Positions 36,654-49,525 of a stretch of 64,000 nucleotides of DNA are shown here, piece after piece. The translations under genes and the position numbers were made by a program. The notes under the pieces were generated by a model. The model did not search any database and was not told the origin of the DNA. It saw only the letters and a list, made by a program, of their open reading frames with translations. Position 1 is the stretch's first letter. Every line of letters starts with the position of its first letter. Origin of the DNA: Podarcis vaucheri (Eukaryota); assembly GCA_965113315.1 (NCBI GenBank), contig OZ220365.1; one strand, written 5' to 3'.

Positions 36654-38172
36654 CCACAGACAGCTTTCAAGGTCATGTGGGCAGCATGACTAAACTGCTT
36701 CTAGCTCAATGGAATACCATGATGGAAACCAGAGCGCAGGGTTTCCTGCCACAGTGGTACCTATTTATCTACTTGCAATGGCGTGCTTTCAAACTGCTGG
36801 GTTGGCAGAAGCTGGGACAGAGCAATGGGAGCTCACCCCGTTGCAGGGATTTGAACCGCCGACCTTCTGATCGGCAAGCCCAAGAGGCTCAGTGGTTTAG
36901 ACCAAAGCACCACCTGTGTCTCTACAACATCACAATATAATGTGTTCCACTCACCACCACCCCTGGGACAGTACTAGGAAAATGTACACCATGGGCAGAG
37001 GAGAGGAAACATGACATGGTGGTGTTTCTAGCATGAAATTCACATCTTTTGCCTAGTTCACTGTAGATCTAGGTACCTTTACATAAGTTCTTCCAGTACA
37101 TGCTGCTGGTTAACTCAGTTTGATCTCACTCTCAGTAAAATACTCTATATATTAATGAAATCACACGTCTGGCTTCACATCTCTGTTCACTTGCAAGAGA
37201 CATGCTGATTTTCCCTGCCATATTCTACTTTATTCTATGGATATTAATTAAGCTAAATTCTTGCCCCAAAGTTCTGTATATTGTTTGGTAGTATTCATTT
37301 CAGAAGCACTGTCGCTGCTTATGATCTTCATAAGGCTGAGCTTCAAGTAGAATGAAAAGGAAATCTGCCAGCTAAGTTATATAAATGTTAATTCTTTATT
37401 ATGTGACTTTTCCACATTTGACTTTTAATACCCTGTCCAAAAAAAAAGGAAAATTGTGCAATACCTTTAAATGAGAGGAATAACTGCAGGATTCCACAAA
37501 CAATGGTCTGAATAAGAGATGCCGGATTATTATAATGGTTTGTGACCTGCTGCTTGTCTTCCCCTCACCCCACCCCAGATGAATATCATTACAACCATAT
37601 GTAAAAGCCTCCTGCAATTTTCTATTCAAATGCTAAATGCTTTTTGAATAAGCCACTATTTTAAAAAAATGGAAATTCAATTGAAATTGGCAAAACGAAG
37701 CATACCCTTGCTTAACTGGTTTGTGAATTGTTGCATGAATGCTGTTCAAATTCAATTAAGGCAATTATTAATAGGCTGCAAATGCTGAACTTACTTAAAC
37801 AGTGTAGTGACTCAATTTTGGGTTGGCAATCCTAGATACTCCTTCTTGGAAGTAATTCCCACTGAAATAAAGTGGACTTGTTTTCCTGAAACTCATTTGG
37901 TAGTAAGGCTCTTCATTCATCCACACTAGCCAAGTTCAGTTCAACTTACCCAAGTGATGTCAGTGGTCCAAAACTTTTAAGAGGCATCAAAAATAAAACC
38001 GTAGACATGGAGCAAGTGTAGTCCTCAGTACCTAGCGGGGGGGTGTTTACTGGAGTGGAGTCTTAGAGGGAAATTGGTGTAAGTTTGAATAGGGGAAGGA
38101 ACTGGAGCTCAGAGTGGCAGGAACCTGATATCGTTTTTAATATCATTTAAAGTGATGACAACATAATAGCGT

Positions 38173-38652
38173 ATGGGTAGTATTCAGTCAGGGACGCGGG
38201 TGGCGCTGTGGGTTATACCACAGAGCCTAGGGCTTGCTGATCAGAAGGTCGGCGGTTCGAATTCCCACAACGGGGTGAGCTCTTGTTGTTCGGTCTCAGC
38301 TCCTGCCCACCTAGCAGTTCGAAAGCACGTCAAAGTGCAAATAGATAAATAGGTACCGCTCTGGCGGGAAGGTAAACGGCATTTCCATGCGATGCTCTGG
38401 TTCACCAGAAGCGGCTTAGTCGTGCTGGCCACATGACCCGGAAGCTGTACGCCGGCTCCCTCAGCCAATAAAGCGAGATGAGTGCCGCAACCCCAGATTC
38501 GGCCACGACTGGACCTAATGGTCAGGGGTCCCTTTACCTTTAGTATTCAACTATGCTTTACTCAGAGTAAACCTATTGAAGTTGATGAACCTGACATGTT
38601 CATTCATTTCAATGGTTTTACTCTGAGTAAAACTTAGCTGAATACCATCCCA
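38173..38652. mobile_element. Palindromic MITE interrupted by a Sauria SINE
   Basis: After removing the SINE: ATGGGTAGTATTCAACTATGCTTTACTCAGAGTAAA ... TTTACTCTGAGTAAAACTTAGCTGAATACCATCCCAT; related hairpins at ~51045-51115 and ~58340-58470. Confidence 0.75.
38191..38540 (+). mobile_element. Sauria SINE, full length
   Basis: GGGACGCGGGTGGCGCTGTGGG head; TSD TAGTATTCA (38178-38186, 38541-38549) with 4 extra 5' nt. Confidence 0.95.
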
Positions 38653-39536
38653 TGCATCTTGTTTTAAGGAACCATAATGAAGTAAAGTTTATTAAGTAAG
38701 CTTACAATACATCACCATCTGTTTATAGTACTGACAAATTTAAACAAAGCAGACTGTGCTTTATTTGTACTTCTAATTTGGATCTCTGTGCTGCTATGTC
38801 CTACACTTAGCCAAAAAGAAAATAAATGGAATTGAAATAATCCATGGTAACAGCAGTCAAAAAAGCTGAGGAAAATAATTGGTCATGACATTGAAAAAGA
38901 AAAATAGGTAATATCAGATAAATCTAACATTTCAGTTGCCTTTCAATAATAAATAAGTAATAGAGAAATAATCCATAACAGTCTTGTGAAAAATATTGTG
39001 CCTTTTCTCTTTAGACTGGATATGTATTTATTGTTGCTGCTTTTATTGAAGTTGTGATGTTTACGTAAGGGTTGTGCTGCACTCTCATTATCATTGGAAT
39101 AGCATTATCTGTTATTTTGTAAGCTTAAGCGAATTTTGCTCATAAAATTGGCCTATAGAAATTTTAAATATAAATAAATATTTTCGTTTGTGAAATCTTG
39201 AAAGGCATAACATTATTTAATCTATTTTTTTCCTTATAACAAAGTTAAGATATAGGTCAGGTTGAGTGACTATGACTTGGGTTATTCAGTGACCTTCCTG
39301 CCTGATCAGGAATTTGAAACTGGATGTCCCATGCTTGACCTCAGTATAATTATTTATTGTATATGATATTATTTCCAACACTAATGCCTCTCCACATTGT
39401 AGATTTTACAATTTTGTTGTATTGTTTTGCTCAGAGATCATACAGTAAGGTGGTTTATCTAACTGGAGGAAAATAGATTTGTTATTCTTACTGTGATATT
39501 TTATTTGGTATCCAAAGTGATTTCATTTACTGGTTT

Positions 39537-39539
39537 TCT

Positions 39540-39578
<39 letters not shown>
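39537..39578 (+). repeat. (CT)n microsatellite
   Basis: Direct tandem repeat. Confidence 0.95.
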
Positions 39579-39584
<6 letters not shown>

Positions 39585-40333
39585 CATGAAGCATACACAC
39601 GGATAAGTGTTTGCCAGTGAGGTATTTCATTTCATGAACTGTATTTTGATCTTTGAGTGTCCTTAAGTAGGTTGCGTAAATGGGTAAAACAGATTTAAAA
39701 ATACGTTCTTTGTTTTGGAGATGAGTTTTTGTTTGTGGGCTTAGCAAACAGAAAAAGCTTGCCAAAATCTCAAATACCTTTGAAGGCTGTTGGCCATCCA
39801 GGAGGGAAATCAGACACAGCAGACTACTGCAAGATTAATCTGAGGCACTGAACTCTCCTTCATGGGCTTTAGAAGGTTCAGGGAAAATCCTGGCTTTTTG
39901 GTCTCATTTGTCCAGTGTTTAGGCCTCAGGGGCTACATTAAGGAAGCAACCATCATTAATTGGTCATTTAAACATTGCCTCTAATGTTACTTAGGTAAGA
40001 AAAGAATTTCATGCCACCTTGGCTAGACTGCGGCATAGACTGTAAATCCATTATCATTTCAAAGGGCTAAGGAGACCTTTAAAAGCAATTCTGCTCCTTG
40101 TTGGACACATTAGCAGCTCCAGTTAAATAATTCCAGTGAAAGACACAGCCTTTTGCCCCAAATACACAGATTCTTCAGGGAACACAGATTTGGCTTTAAT
40201 GCTCCTAAGGATAATAGTGTGTATTTACCTGACAACATTCTGAAACAATGAGAGAAACACGAGGCTCCTTATTCACCTTGTAAAGCAGCTTCATGAACTA
40301 CGAACCCCAAAATCTGGGAGCCCCTGAAAACTT

Positions 40334-40540
40334 GTGCCAAAGTTTTGTGATCGTCTTGTAGTGTTTTGTGGTGAAAACCTGCCATTTGTAGTGCCCCACA
40401 AATGGAGCAATAGATACTCAAACCTGGCGATCATCCAAAAAACCAACGTTGTCCAATCCCATTGAAACCAGTGCCAAAGTTTTGTAATGGTTTTGTAGCA
40501 TTTTGTAGTGAAAAGCCCACGTTTTGTAGTGCCCCATATG
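40334..40540 (+). repeat. Diverged ~70-bp direct repeat, period 137 bp
   Basis: GTGCCAAAGTTTTGT...TTGTAG...GTGAAAA...TTTGTAGTGCCCCA starting at 40334 and 40471. Confidence 0.75.
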
Positions 40541-40589
40541 TGTTTGAAACCATAAAAAAATTGTTTTATTGATCAAAGTTTGCAGTTCG

Positions 40590-41035
40590 CAAAATAATCG
40601 TTAGCAAATAATGAAAAGTTAATGTCTAAGATGTATAAACTATTGTTGGAATGGGAAACAAAGGAAGAAATTGTGAAATCAGCAATCATTTGTTGGGCAA
40701 GAGATGTGGGTCACAAGATTGAAATGGACCTGTGTGAAAAGCTGTGGAAAACAAGGCTGAAATTTATGGCTTGCTATTCTTTGAAGGAAAATTATATGAA
40801 AATGATTTACAGATGGTACCTGACACCAAGTAAATTAGCAAAAATGTGTAAGTCAGAGTCAGATAATTGTTGTAAATGTAATGATAGGGAAAGAACTTTC
40901 TATCATATGTGGTGGACCTGTAGATAAGGAATATTGGGAAATGATTCATAATGAGTTGAAAAGCATGTTTTGAAAAGAACAGTCCCAAGAAGCCAGGGGC
41001 TTTTCTTCTAGGTATAATAGGTTCAGATGCTTTTA
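40590..41035 (+). mobile_element. L1-clade LINE ORF2 C-terminal fragment (Cys/His zinc-binding region)
   Basis: KMYKLLLEW...LKENYMKMIYRWYLTPSKLAKM...CCKC.......YHMWWTC (CX2C..H..C), followed by stops and frameshifts. Confidence 0.88.
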
Positions 41036-41071
41036 TTTCCTTTTCTTTTTTTATATGTCTGTATTTTGAAA

Positions 41072-41111
<40 letters not shown>

Positions 41112-42495
41112 TTAAAAACAGTCTTTGGCAAAACAATTTGTGAGGCCCTTTATTATTATGTGAATAAATGTTTCTGATTAAAATGATTTGTAGAAGTGTA
41201 GCATTTTTGGGGGGGCCCTGAATTAAAGGTTTATTTCCATTGGGATATTTTTGACAAAAAATAAGCACAGCAACAGTTCTCCCTCAAACCTTTTGTTTTC
41301 AGTACATTGTAACTGGTCTATCAGGACCCTGTCCTCCTGGGCAGGATGGAAGTGTCCTGCCTGCTGGGGGCGGTGCAGATCTGGTGAGACTCGCAGCCAC
41401 TGGTTTCAGGCCAGAACAAGGTGGGCTTTGAGACATAGGGAACAGTGGGAGGTATGTTCCAGCAGGCTGAGGCAGGCAAGGACCCCAGCCCAGGTCGAGG
41501 GTTCACTAGCTTGGGGAAGAGGCGAGGGTCACATGCCTCATCAAGCCCAGATGTTGGAATGAACATGCAAGGAATAAAAGTAACCATGGTTGGCAGGGTC
41601 ATTAGGCCTGCAAGACAGGGAGCAGGTCTTCCAGGACTCACAGCCAATATTTGTGACAGAAGAGCACCAACATGAGACACGGGAAATGTAGGGTCTGAAG
41701 GACAGAAGTCCCTTTGAAATTAAAAGGCTGCCACTTAAAGCATGAAAAGAAATCTATAATGGTGCACAGTGATGGGGTGGTGATGGTGGCAGGGTGGGGT
41801 TATTTAGCTGTTTATTTAAGTCTGCACAGAATTATGCTTCTCGCCCATCCAGATAAGGATTGTCTGTTGGTCTGCTATAAAGCTAAATTTAGTGTGATGT
41901 TGTATTACATCTGTTTTGTATATTCCACCCGAAACCGCCACGTGCTGACACTAGCAATCCAGTCTTCGTGTGGCTTTAGATTCCTTTGGGGCCCAATGAC
42001 CCGATAGCCTATTGTTGTTAAAATGTATAGCCTACTTTTTCTCTCTAAATAAAACTCAAAGAAACTTACAAAAAGGGTCTTAAAATACAAAAAAACTGTT
42101 CGGACCACCGAAATCAATTTCATACAGTGAAGAAAGCAAGAGCAGGATAAGGCCATTCAGCATCAAAGCTAAGAGACAGAACTTTACAATGCAGCCATAT
42201 GTGATGCTGCACACCAGACAACTGCTTATCCACTGGAAAACAGGTGCATTGCAAGAGAGGTGGGGAGCGGGACTCCACTTTGAAACTCTGCTTCATCTGG
42301 ATTCCAGTTCCACTGCCTGGTAAACATATGGTATTATGGTAGGGCTCATTTTTGGAGGAAGCTGAGCTTCAGAGAAAAACTGGAGAAGGATTAAACACAC
42401 CCTCCATAGTCACCTTTTCTTACAAATCATCCTCCCTCAGCCCACCTCTCATTAGTGATGTAGAGAGCCTTCCCAATCATGCTGCCACTTCCCAT

Positions 42496-43488
42496 GACTA
42501 TGCTACCACTCAGTGGATTTGTAACTGGCTGACTGACCGAACCCAAAGGGTGCTCATCAATGGTTCCTCTTCATCCTGGAGAAGAGTGACTAGTGGGGTG
42601 CCACAGGGTTCTGTCTTGGGCCCGGTCTTATTCAACATCTTTATCAACGACTTGGATAATGGACTCAAGGGCATCCTGATCAAATTTGCAGATGACACCA
42701 AACTGGGAGGGGTGGCTAACACCCCAGAGGACAGGATCACACTTCAAAACGACCTTGACAGATTAGAGAACTGGGCAAAAATAAACAAGATGAATTTTAA
42801 CAGGGAGAAATGTAAAGTATTGCACTTGGGCAAAAAAAATGAGAGGCACAAATACAAGATGGGTGACACCTGGCTTGAGAGCAGTACATGTGAAAAGGAT
42901 CTAGGAGTCTTGGTTGACCACAAACTTGACATGAGCCAACAGTGTGACGCGGCAGCTAAAAAAGCCAATGCAATTCTGGGCTGCATCAATAGGAGTATAG
43001 CATCTAGATCAAGGGAAGTAATAGTGACACTGTATTCTGCTCTGGTCAGACCTCACCTGGAGTACTGTGTCCAGTTCTGGGCACCACAGTTCAAGAAGGA
43101 CACTGACAAACTGGAACGTGTCCAGAGGAGGGCAACCAAAATGGTCAAAGGCCTGGAAACGATGCCTTATGAGGAACGGCTAAGGGAGCTGGGCATGTTT
43201 AGCCTGGAGAAGAGGAGGTTAAGGGGTGATATGATAGCCATGTTCAAATATATAAAAGGATGTCACATAGAGGAGGGAGAAAGGTTGTTTTCTGCTGCTC
43301 CAGAGAAGCAGACATGGAGCAATGGATCCAAACTACAAGAAAGAAGATTCCACCTAAGCATTAGGAAGAACTTCCTGACAGTAAGAGCTGTTCGACAGTG
43401 GAATTTGCTGCCAAGGAGTGTGGTGGAGTCTCCTACTTTGGAGGTCTTTAAGCAGAGGCTTGACAACCATATGTCAGGAGTGCTCTGA
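42496..43488 (+). CDS. CR1 ORF2 reverse transcriptase C-terminal part (~330 aa, uninterrupted, no native start)
   Basis: Part of ORF 42352..43488; CR1 similarity starts near [12 protein letters not shown]; no internal stop or frameshift. Confidence 0.85.
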   Translation, partial: DYATTQWICNWLTDRTQRVLINGSSSSWRRVTSGVPQGSVLGPVLFNIFINDLDNGLKGILIKFADDTKLGGVANTPEDRITLQNDLDRLENWAKINKMNFNREKCKVLHLGKKNERHKYKMGDTWLESSTCEKDLGVLVDHKLDMSQQCDAAAKKANAILGCINRSIASRSREVIVTLYSALVRPHLEYCVQFWAPQFKKDTDKLERVQRRATKMVKGLETMPYEERLRELGMFSLEKRRLRGDMIAMFKYIKGCHIEEGERLFSAAPEKQTWSNGSKLQERRFHLSIRKNFLTVRAVRQWNLLPRSVVESPTLEVFKQRLDNHMSGVL

Positions 43489-43579
43489 TGGTGTTTCCTG
43501 CTTGGCAGGGGGTTGGACTCGATGGCCCTTGTGGTTTCTTCCAACTCTATGATTCTGTGATTCTATGATTCTATGATTC
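42496..43579 (+). mobile_element. CR1 LINE, 5'-truncated, young
   Basis: RT motifs [27 protein letters not shown]; 3' UTR; (ATTCTATG)n tail at ~43544-43579. Confidence 0.97.
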
Positions 43580-43859
43580 AATCACTCTCAGAACAAGGAT
43601 TATAAAAACAAAAACAAGACTTGGGAAATAGCTGGGCTTACATGAGAGCCAGTTGGACCTGTTTTGCTCCTGATGACAGCATCAGGAATCCATCAGGGTT
43701 GAATTCCTCCTGCAACCCATCACACCATCTCTCTCCCCTGTCCCCTTGGGAGTTTTCAAGCCATCTGCTTCCAGATGACTGCCACTGGACCACAGCTAGT
43801 GGAAGCTGCTAGAGTCCTGGGAACCGGCTTCTGGGCTCAGGTTGCTTGAGAATGCAAAG

Positions 43860-44183
43860 TAGGTGTTAGCTGATGAAAGAACATGTCATTTTTTTTCTCA
43901 GTTTCACATTTTTCCAGTGTTAAGCTCAGCATTCCATATTTCCACATCAGGATGGGGTTTTTTAAGAGCTCAGGGGAAAAAAACCACATTTGTCCTAATA
44001 TGCACATTTTTTGTATGAAATTTTGCCCATCGCTAATTTATTGATTTTGTAGGCATTTCTTGATTGGCTAAATTGCAAAATTCAGGGAAGTGCAAATTTC
44101 AGTTTGCAGATTATTTCAGGAAGTGTAAATTAGAGAACTTCACACTAGAAGGTGAACCGAACCAAAATGCTCTCCCATTCCTA
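43860..44183 (-). repeat. Old dispersed repeat related to 4411-4822
   Basis: Ends ...CTCTCCCATTCCTA; AAGTGCAAATTTCA motif is the reverse complement of that in 4411-4822. Confidence 0.5.
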
Positions 44184-45350
44184 TTAGGTAATAAATTCCA
44201 AAAGCAGGAGAGATGAGAAGCAAAGTTCATTCCATCAGTTCTGCTGTGAGGCAAGGCCATGTCTCTCAAGCTTCCTGTTCCCCAACTGTTACCTGGTAAC
44301 AGGTACTAGAGGATGAGCTGGATATGCGCCAATGACGTGAAGCTGATTCCTAAATAGACAGAATGTGTGCTGAGTTCATGAGTCTAGGAAGGAGTGAATG
44401 GCCTGTTTGATGTCAAATGGTGAGGGTATGGATTGCCCAAACCAGCCTCATGTCTTGGACAAAATGGAGAAGCCTGGCAGGCCAAAGAAAATATAAAAAT
44501 AATAAGTAGTCTTGAAATTTTATCAGATTAGAAATTGAGCCTAAATGTCTGCAGTCATGGACACACCTGCCCTATTGAAAACAGGGCAACTTACTCCTGA
44601 GTACACATAGTTCAGCAAATTTTGTTTCAAAATACTAGCAATGACTCTAGTATAAGCATGATTCCCCCTCCATACATGCTTGCATGTTATTTCTGACAAA
44701 GCCATTTTCTGCCAATAATATCTTTGTTCTGAACTCAAAGTGAAGAAGAAGAAAATAAATTTAGAAACCAAGATTTAAGCATGTGGTCTGTGAGGGATAG
44801 TCCCCTTTTCCTTTTACTTATACATTCTGATCAGATGTTTTGTGCTGGCATGAATTTAATCTTTCTTTTTTTAAAAAGGTATCTATCGTGAGAATCTTTC
44901 AAAAGATTCTCCATAAATGATGGCTTATTTCAGACACCCTCTGTTTACTGACATTGATTTTACAGGGCGATGTGAAACGTTAGCAATTTCAGGTCAGGCC
45001 ACTGTCTAGCCCACATCACAATTGGCATGAATTGGCTTCTGACACAGTCTGGGTATAGAAGCCAGGGAAGGGCTGAATGGTCATAAAGGCTGACCTCTGC
45101 TGCTGCCCTATAATTCTGTCTGGCAGCACAAAAGGTTCTCAACTTGGTCTGCAAGGAGGAAATTTTAGCAGTGGCATTTAAAAGTCTCTGTAGGCCATGG
45201 TCCAAGAAAGAGCTAGGTGAGCTTAAGCTCTTTTATCCAAGTGGTATAATTGTTACCCAGCCCCCATTACTCCAAGCAGACAATACCTTCTTAGACATTG
45301 AGCTGCATGCTTTATCTGGAGAATATATTTGATCTCAATATATACAGTGA

Positions 45351-45794
45351 CAGACACTGTAACTTGTGCAGAAGAGGGCAACCAAGGGTCTGGAAAGCAA
45401 GCCTTATGACGAATGGTTGAGGGAATTTGGTAAGGTTAGACTGGAAAAGAGGAGACTGAGAAGAGGTATGACAGCGCTCTTCTAATATCTTAAGGGCTGT
45501 CACATGGAGGATGGAACAAGCTTGTTTTATTCTCATCCAGAGGGTAGGACCCAAACCAATGGCTTCAAGTTACAAGAAAGAAGATTCTGACTAAACATCA
45601 GGAAGATCTTTCTGACAGTAAGAGCTGTTCAACAGTTGAACGGTCTCCCTTGGACGGTGGAAGTCTCTTCTTCATTGGAGGTTTCTAAGCAGTGCTTGGG
45701 TGTTCATCTGCCATGGATGCTTTAATTGAGATTCCTGCATTGCAGGGGGTTGGCCTAGATGACCCTTAGGATCCCTTCCAATTCTACGATTCTC
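45351..45794 (+). mobile_element. CR1 LINE 3' end, older and degenerate
   Basis: Collinear with ~43100-43555 (AGAGGGCAACCAA...TACAAGAAAGAAGATTC...TGACAGTAAGAGCTGTTC...TTCCAATTCTACGATTCT) with indels and stops. Confidence 0.92.
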
Positions 45795-48700
45795 TGGGAT
45801 TTTGAAAACGTGTTCTATGTCAAGCTGACGCTGAGCAGTCAGAGAAAGCCCCTCTTTGAATACCTGTTGCAAGTAGTCTGCCAGCTCTATTTGGCTTGCG
45901 AGGTTTTCAAGGCTGATAATTGTCAGGTTCTTTCGTCTTTGCTAAGTTTCTAAATCGTTAAGGTGACGATTAAGAGTGCTGTGAGAGGCCAGTGAAAGTG
46001 TCTCAAATGAGTCCAATCTGCCTTCACAGTTCGCCAGTTGCACCCGGAACTCATTAAAGCCTTCTGTTAGAGTTTTCAGCTGGTCTTTTATGTGATTTAG
46101 GGTTTTAAGCTAGGCCAGGATATTTTGTAAAATAGCTGTCTTTGGGTCTGCCTGTTCATGCTCAGTAGCCTCTGAGTCAGTGTTTTTTTTTTTGTTTGTT
46201 TTTTGTTTGCATCAGCCATGGGTTTTTTTAGCGTTAGCGTCTGCCATTTTTTCTTTCTTTCGGCGGCTCTCGTATTGGTAGACATGGTCATTTATCTTAA
46301 TTAGTCTTGTAAAGAGATAGTAGAAAGTTTATTTACCCTTTGATTTTAATCTTTTGGCAGCACGGAGTTGCTTTCCAAGTATTTGAAGGCCTTGTAGCCA
46401 GAGAGATCAGAAGGACATCCCTCATGGTTCAATTCCTAGACCGGAAGTGGTAGAAGGGAATAAGATGTTGGATAGATGTTGTTTGTACACTTGTCATCGT
46501 GATTTGCTCTGAAGGATATATGAAGTTTTAGCAGCTCATTACTAAATATTGTGGTGCTTAACTGGAACAGGAAATCAGAGAACTTTCTGGTGCATTCAGA
46601 TTGCTTCAGATTCACATGCAAATTCAGATCTAGTGACCTTTTCCTCTAGTTTTAATGGAAAATAACATTTCCTTGACACAGACTGCCTATAAATGAATGC
46701 AGCTGAGGTCAGGAAATGCTGATTTACTTGAAATATTGTTCTTCACATTTGGTAAGCACAAAAACGAGAACAAAAGCACAGGAACAACAGGGATAGTATC
46801 TGCTTCATCTCTCGTTTGAATTGAAAGACTTTTACTGAAACAGAGCTAACTAAAAGTCAGAGGCCATTTCCACCCAGAGACCTACCATTATTTGCCCAAA
46901 ACACTTTCAGAGGGGTCAATCATTAAGCTCTATCATATGCCACCATCACAGAATGAGAGGGGAGTCCATTATAATTAGACACTGGACTTTATACCAGGAC
47001 ATTTGTCAGAATAGCCACTGTTTGGGTGCAGGCTGAAAAGCACTGAGTAAAACATTCATATTGAAAACAAATCCAGGTCTCTCCATCCCAACGCAGTTTC
47101 TGCTTTGCTTCTTATGCAAAACAGAGACTTTAAAGTCTCCTGCTTTACATTCTGTTTGTTAAATATAGCTTCCAGAGGCATCTGGCTGGCTGCTGTTAAA
47201 ATCAGAATGACAGCCTAGATAGACCATTGGCCTGAACCAGAGGGGCAGTTCTTGCATTCTTAAGTACTATTTTATAGTAGCGTAACAATGTTCATTTTGT
47301 ACATTCATATTGTAGTGGCCTCTTTGTTCCACTACAACCATCATGAACTCTAATGCACCAATGTCAAATAACAAAATAGCCTTTGACATAAAGTAGCCTC
47401 CCAAACTTGGTCCCTCCAGATGTTGTGGACTCCAACTTCCATGAGCCACAGCCAGCATGGCCAACTCATAAGGATGATGAGAAATTGGCTCTCCACACAG
47501 CCCTAAAATGTTTTTGCCTGGCTGGAATCTGCCAGTGAACTGTGACAATGCCTTTTGCTTGCATGGATGGTTGATGAAGAGCTATTGTGTTGAGTTTTAT
47601 ACGCCTAGAATGTACCCTACTGTACAAAAGATGGAACCACATCCCACAGTCCACCCACTTCTTCCTCTGGCCCCAAAACTACTAACATGCAGCCCCAGAG
47701 AGTTCCTTAACTTGAAAAAGGATCCCCACCCCTGGGGTAAGCAAACTATCAGCTTCTATTACATCTGGCATTCTCTCCCTTTGTGAGAATTTCGCCCCAG
47801 TATACCAAGCCACTGTTTGGCAAATCACTACTTTATTGGAGAGCGGCTGTTGTTTCACCATCTTCCCTCTCTACAAACAAGATCTACAGGGTTCCTCACA
47901 TTCAAGTTCTTTGTCAGATAATCTCAGGGATGCTATGTAATCTCTCTTCACACCAGACATTGAAAGTGCATCCAACACACTTTGAAAACAAATGACTTCC
48001 CCCAATGAAGCTGTACTTTGCTCCTTAGTGAGAGAGAATTCCCAGTACCTGTAATAAATTACAGTTCTCAGATTCACTGGTGGTAAGGCATGTACTTTGA
48101 ATGTGTGTTGAATGTACTTTAAATGTATAGTATGTACCCCACTCTCTGATCTCAAAGTTGCCAATTTGCTCCTGGCCTGATATAAAGAACAGACCATTTT
48201 GCTGTGTTTAATAAACAAGCATTCATTTCATTCTGATGCCTTCATCCTGTCAATGTATAAATCAGGTGCATGATGAAAGAAACGCCTCCCCCCCCCCAGT
48301 TCAAACTGGACTTCTCTCATATTTCATAGAACAGAAATATTTATCAAAGGTGAAATGTTCCGGACTTCAACACTGGGCAGCAGCATCAAATTCCTGAATA
48401 GCAATTGCTGTTTAATTATACAATATTTGTGGCATTTTCTGCTTTCTTCACAGCCTAAACATTTCTATGTTTCTCTGGAAGCTACGCTGCTTGTTTTGGT
48501 ATCTGGTGGTTCAGTATTTTTAGAAGTTTTATTTTGGGGCTTTGTTATTGGTGGACTAGATTACACGTTTTGCATGTGGCGGATCTTGACATTATTTTAG
48601 AAATAGAACGGTCTAAACATTGAAGCAACTTAGCCTGCATAATGTAAGCTAGATTTTGATCTCACACTTTAGTCTGCAGGAAAGGTGTCACTGAATTTAA

Positions 48701-49239
48701 GTTTCATATTTGAAAAACGGGGAGCATGAATCTTTCCAGAGCTCATTGCTCAAGATCTTGGGTCAGCAGGCAGTCTTTTACCATTTTATTGCTATAAAAG
48801 TTGGGGAGTAGTATGGGTGGCACATCTACACCCACTGGTGGTACATAGGCATCCGTGTAATTTTCCAGAGCCTTTTCAGAGCTTTGGGGTCAAGAAGACA
48901 GCCTGTTGTCAAAGCTGTACTTCTGCCATATCTTTATTGCTCCTCACCCAACCTCCAGCAAATTAAGATTTTTCTGTTCTAGTAGGGCTTAAATGCCAGC
49001 TTATCACAATGAGGATTACTGAAAAACCCTAGGGATGGACATAGCAATCCAAGTCCAGAGCACAACACTTTTGCATAGCATTCATAACCTCTACAGCATG
49101 TTCCATCCCATTTCTGAATTAAATGACAATAAGTCTTATTCAATTGTACTTACAAGGTACTGGGGCGCTCTCTTCTGTTGCTGCTGCTATTGTGGCTATC
49201 TGCTCCAAGATGCTAGAAATCCAGCACTCCCATTGATTT

Positions 49240-49525
49240 GCCATTTCAACCTCATGATCACCATGCCCTATGATGCCGCTGCTGAGGAAGCTGGCTCTGT
49301 AGCATTGCCACATCAGTCACTCCTGCTTCTTGTCTATTAAGAACAGCCGCTCCCTGTATGAACTGACCTGGGACCCTGCACTTGTCATCTGAGGCCTTTC
49401 TCTATGTCCACCCCTCCCTGAGAGGTTTGGAAGGTGACAACATGAGAACAGGGCTTTTCTCTACCCAAAGAGGCTCACCTGACCCCATCACTGCATGCCT
49501 TTAGGTGCAGACAAAAACTCTTTCC
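49240..49525 (+). mobile_element. L2 LINE 3' fragment, degenerate
   Basis: TGTATGAACTGACCTGGGACCCTGCACTTGTCATCTGAGGCC...AGGGCTTTTCTC...TTTAGGTGCAGACAAAAACT resembles L2 C-terminal coding sequence. Confidence 0.55.

Larger units (their letters stand above)
34896..36922 (-). mobile_element. Sauria SINE split into three pieces (34896-34925, 35360-35447, 36654-36922) by two insertions
   Basis: 15-bp TSD TACAACATCACAATA (34881-34895, 36923-36937); pieces rejoin into a contiguous SINE once the inserts are removed. Confidence 0.93.

Noticed and set aside
42352-42495. N-terminal 48 codons of the 378-aa ORF as a host-CR1 fusion gene
   Set aside because: Starts at TTG in flanking DNA with no promoter or splice evidence; most simply chance read-through into a truncated CR1.
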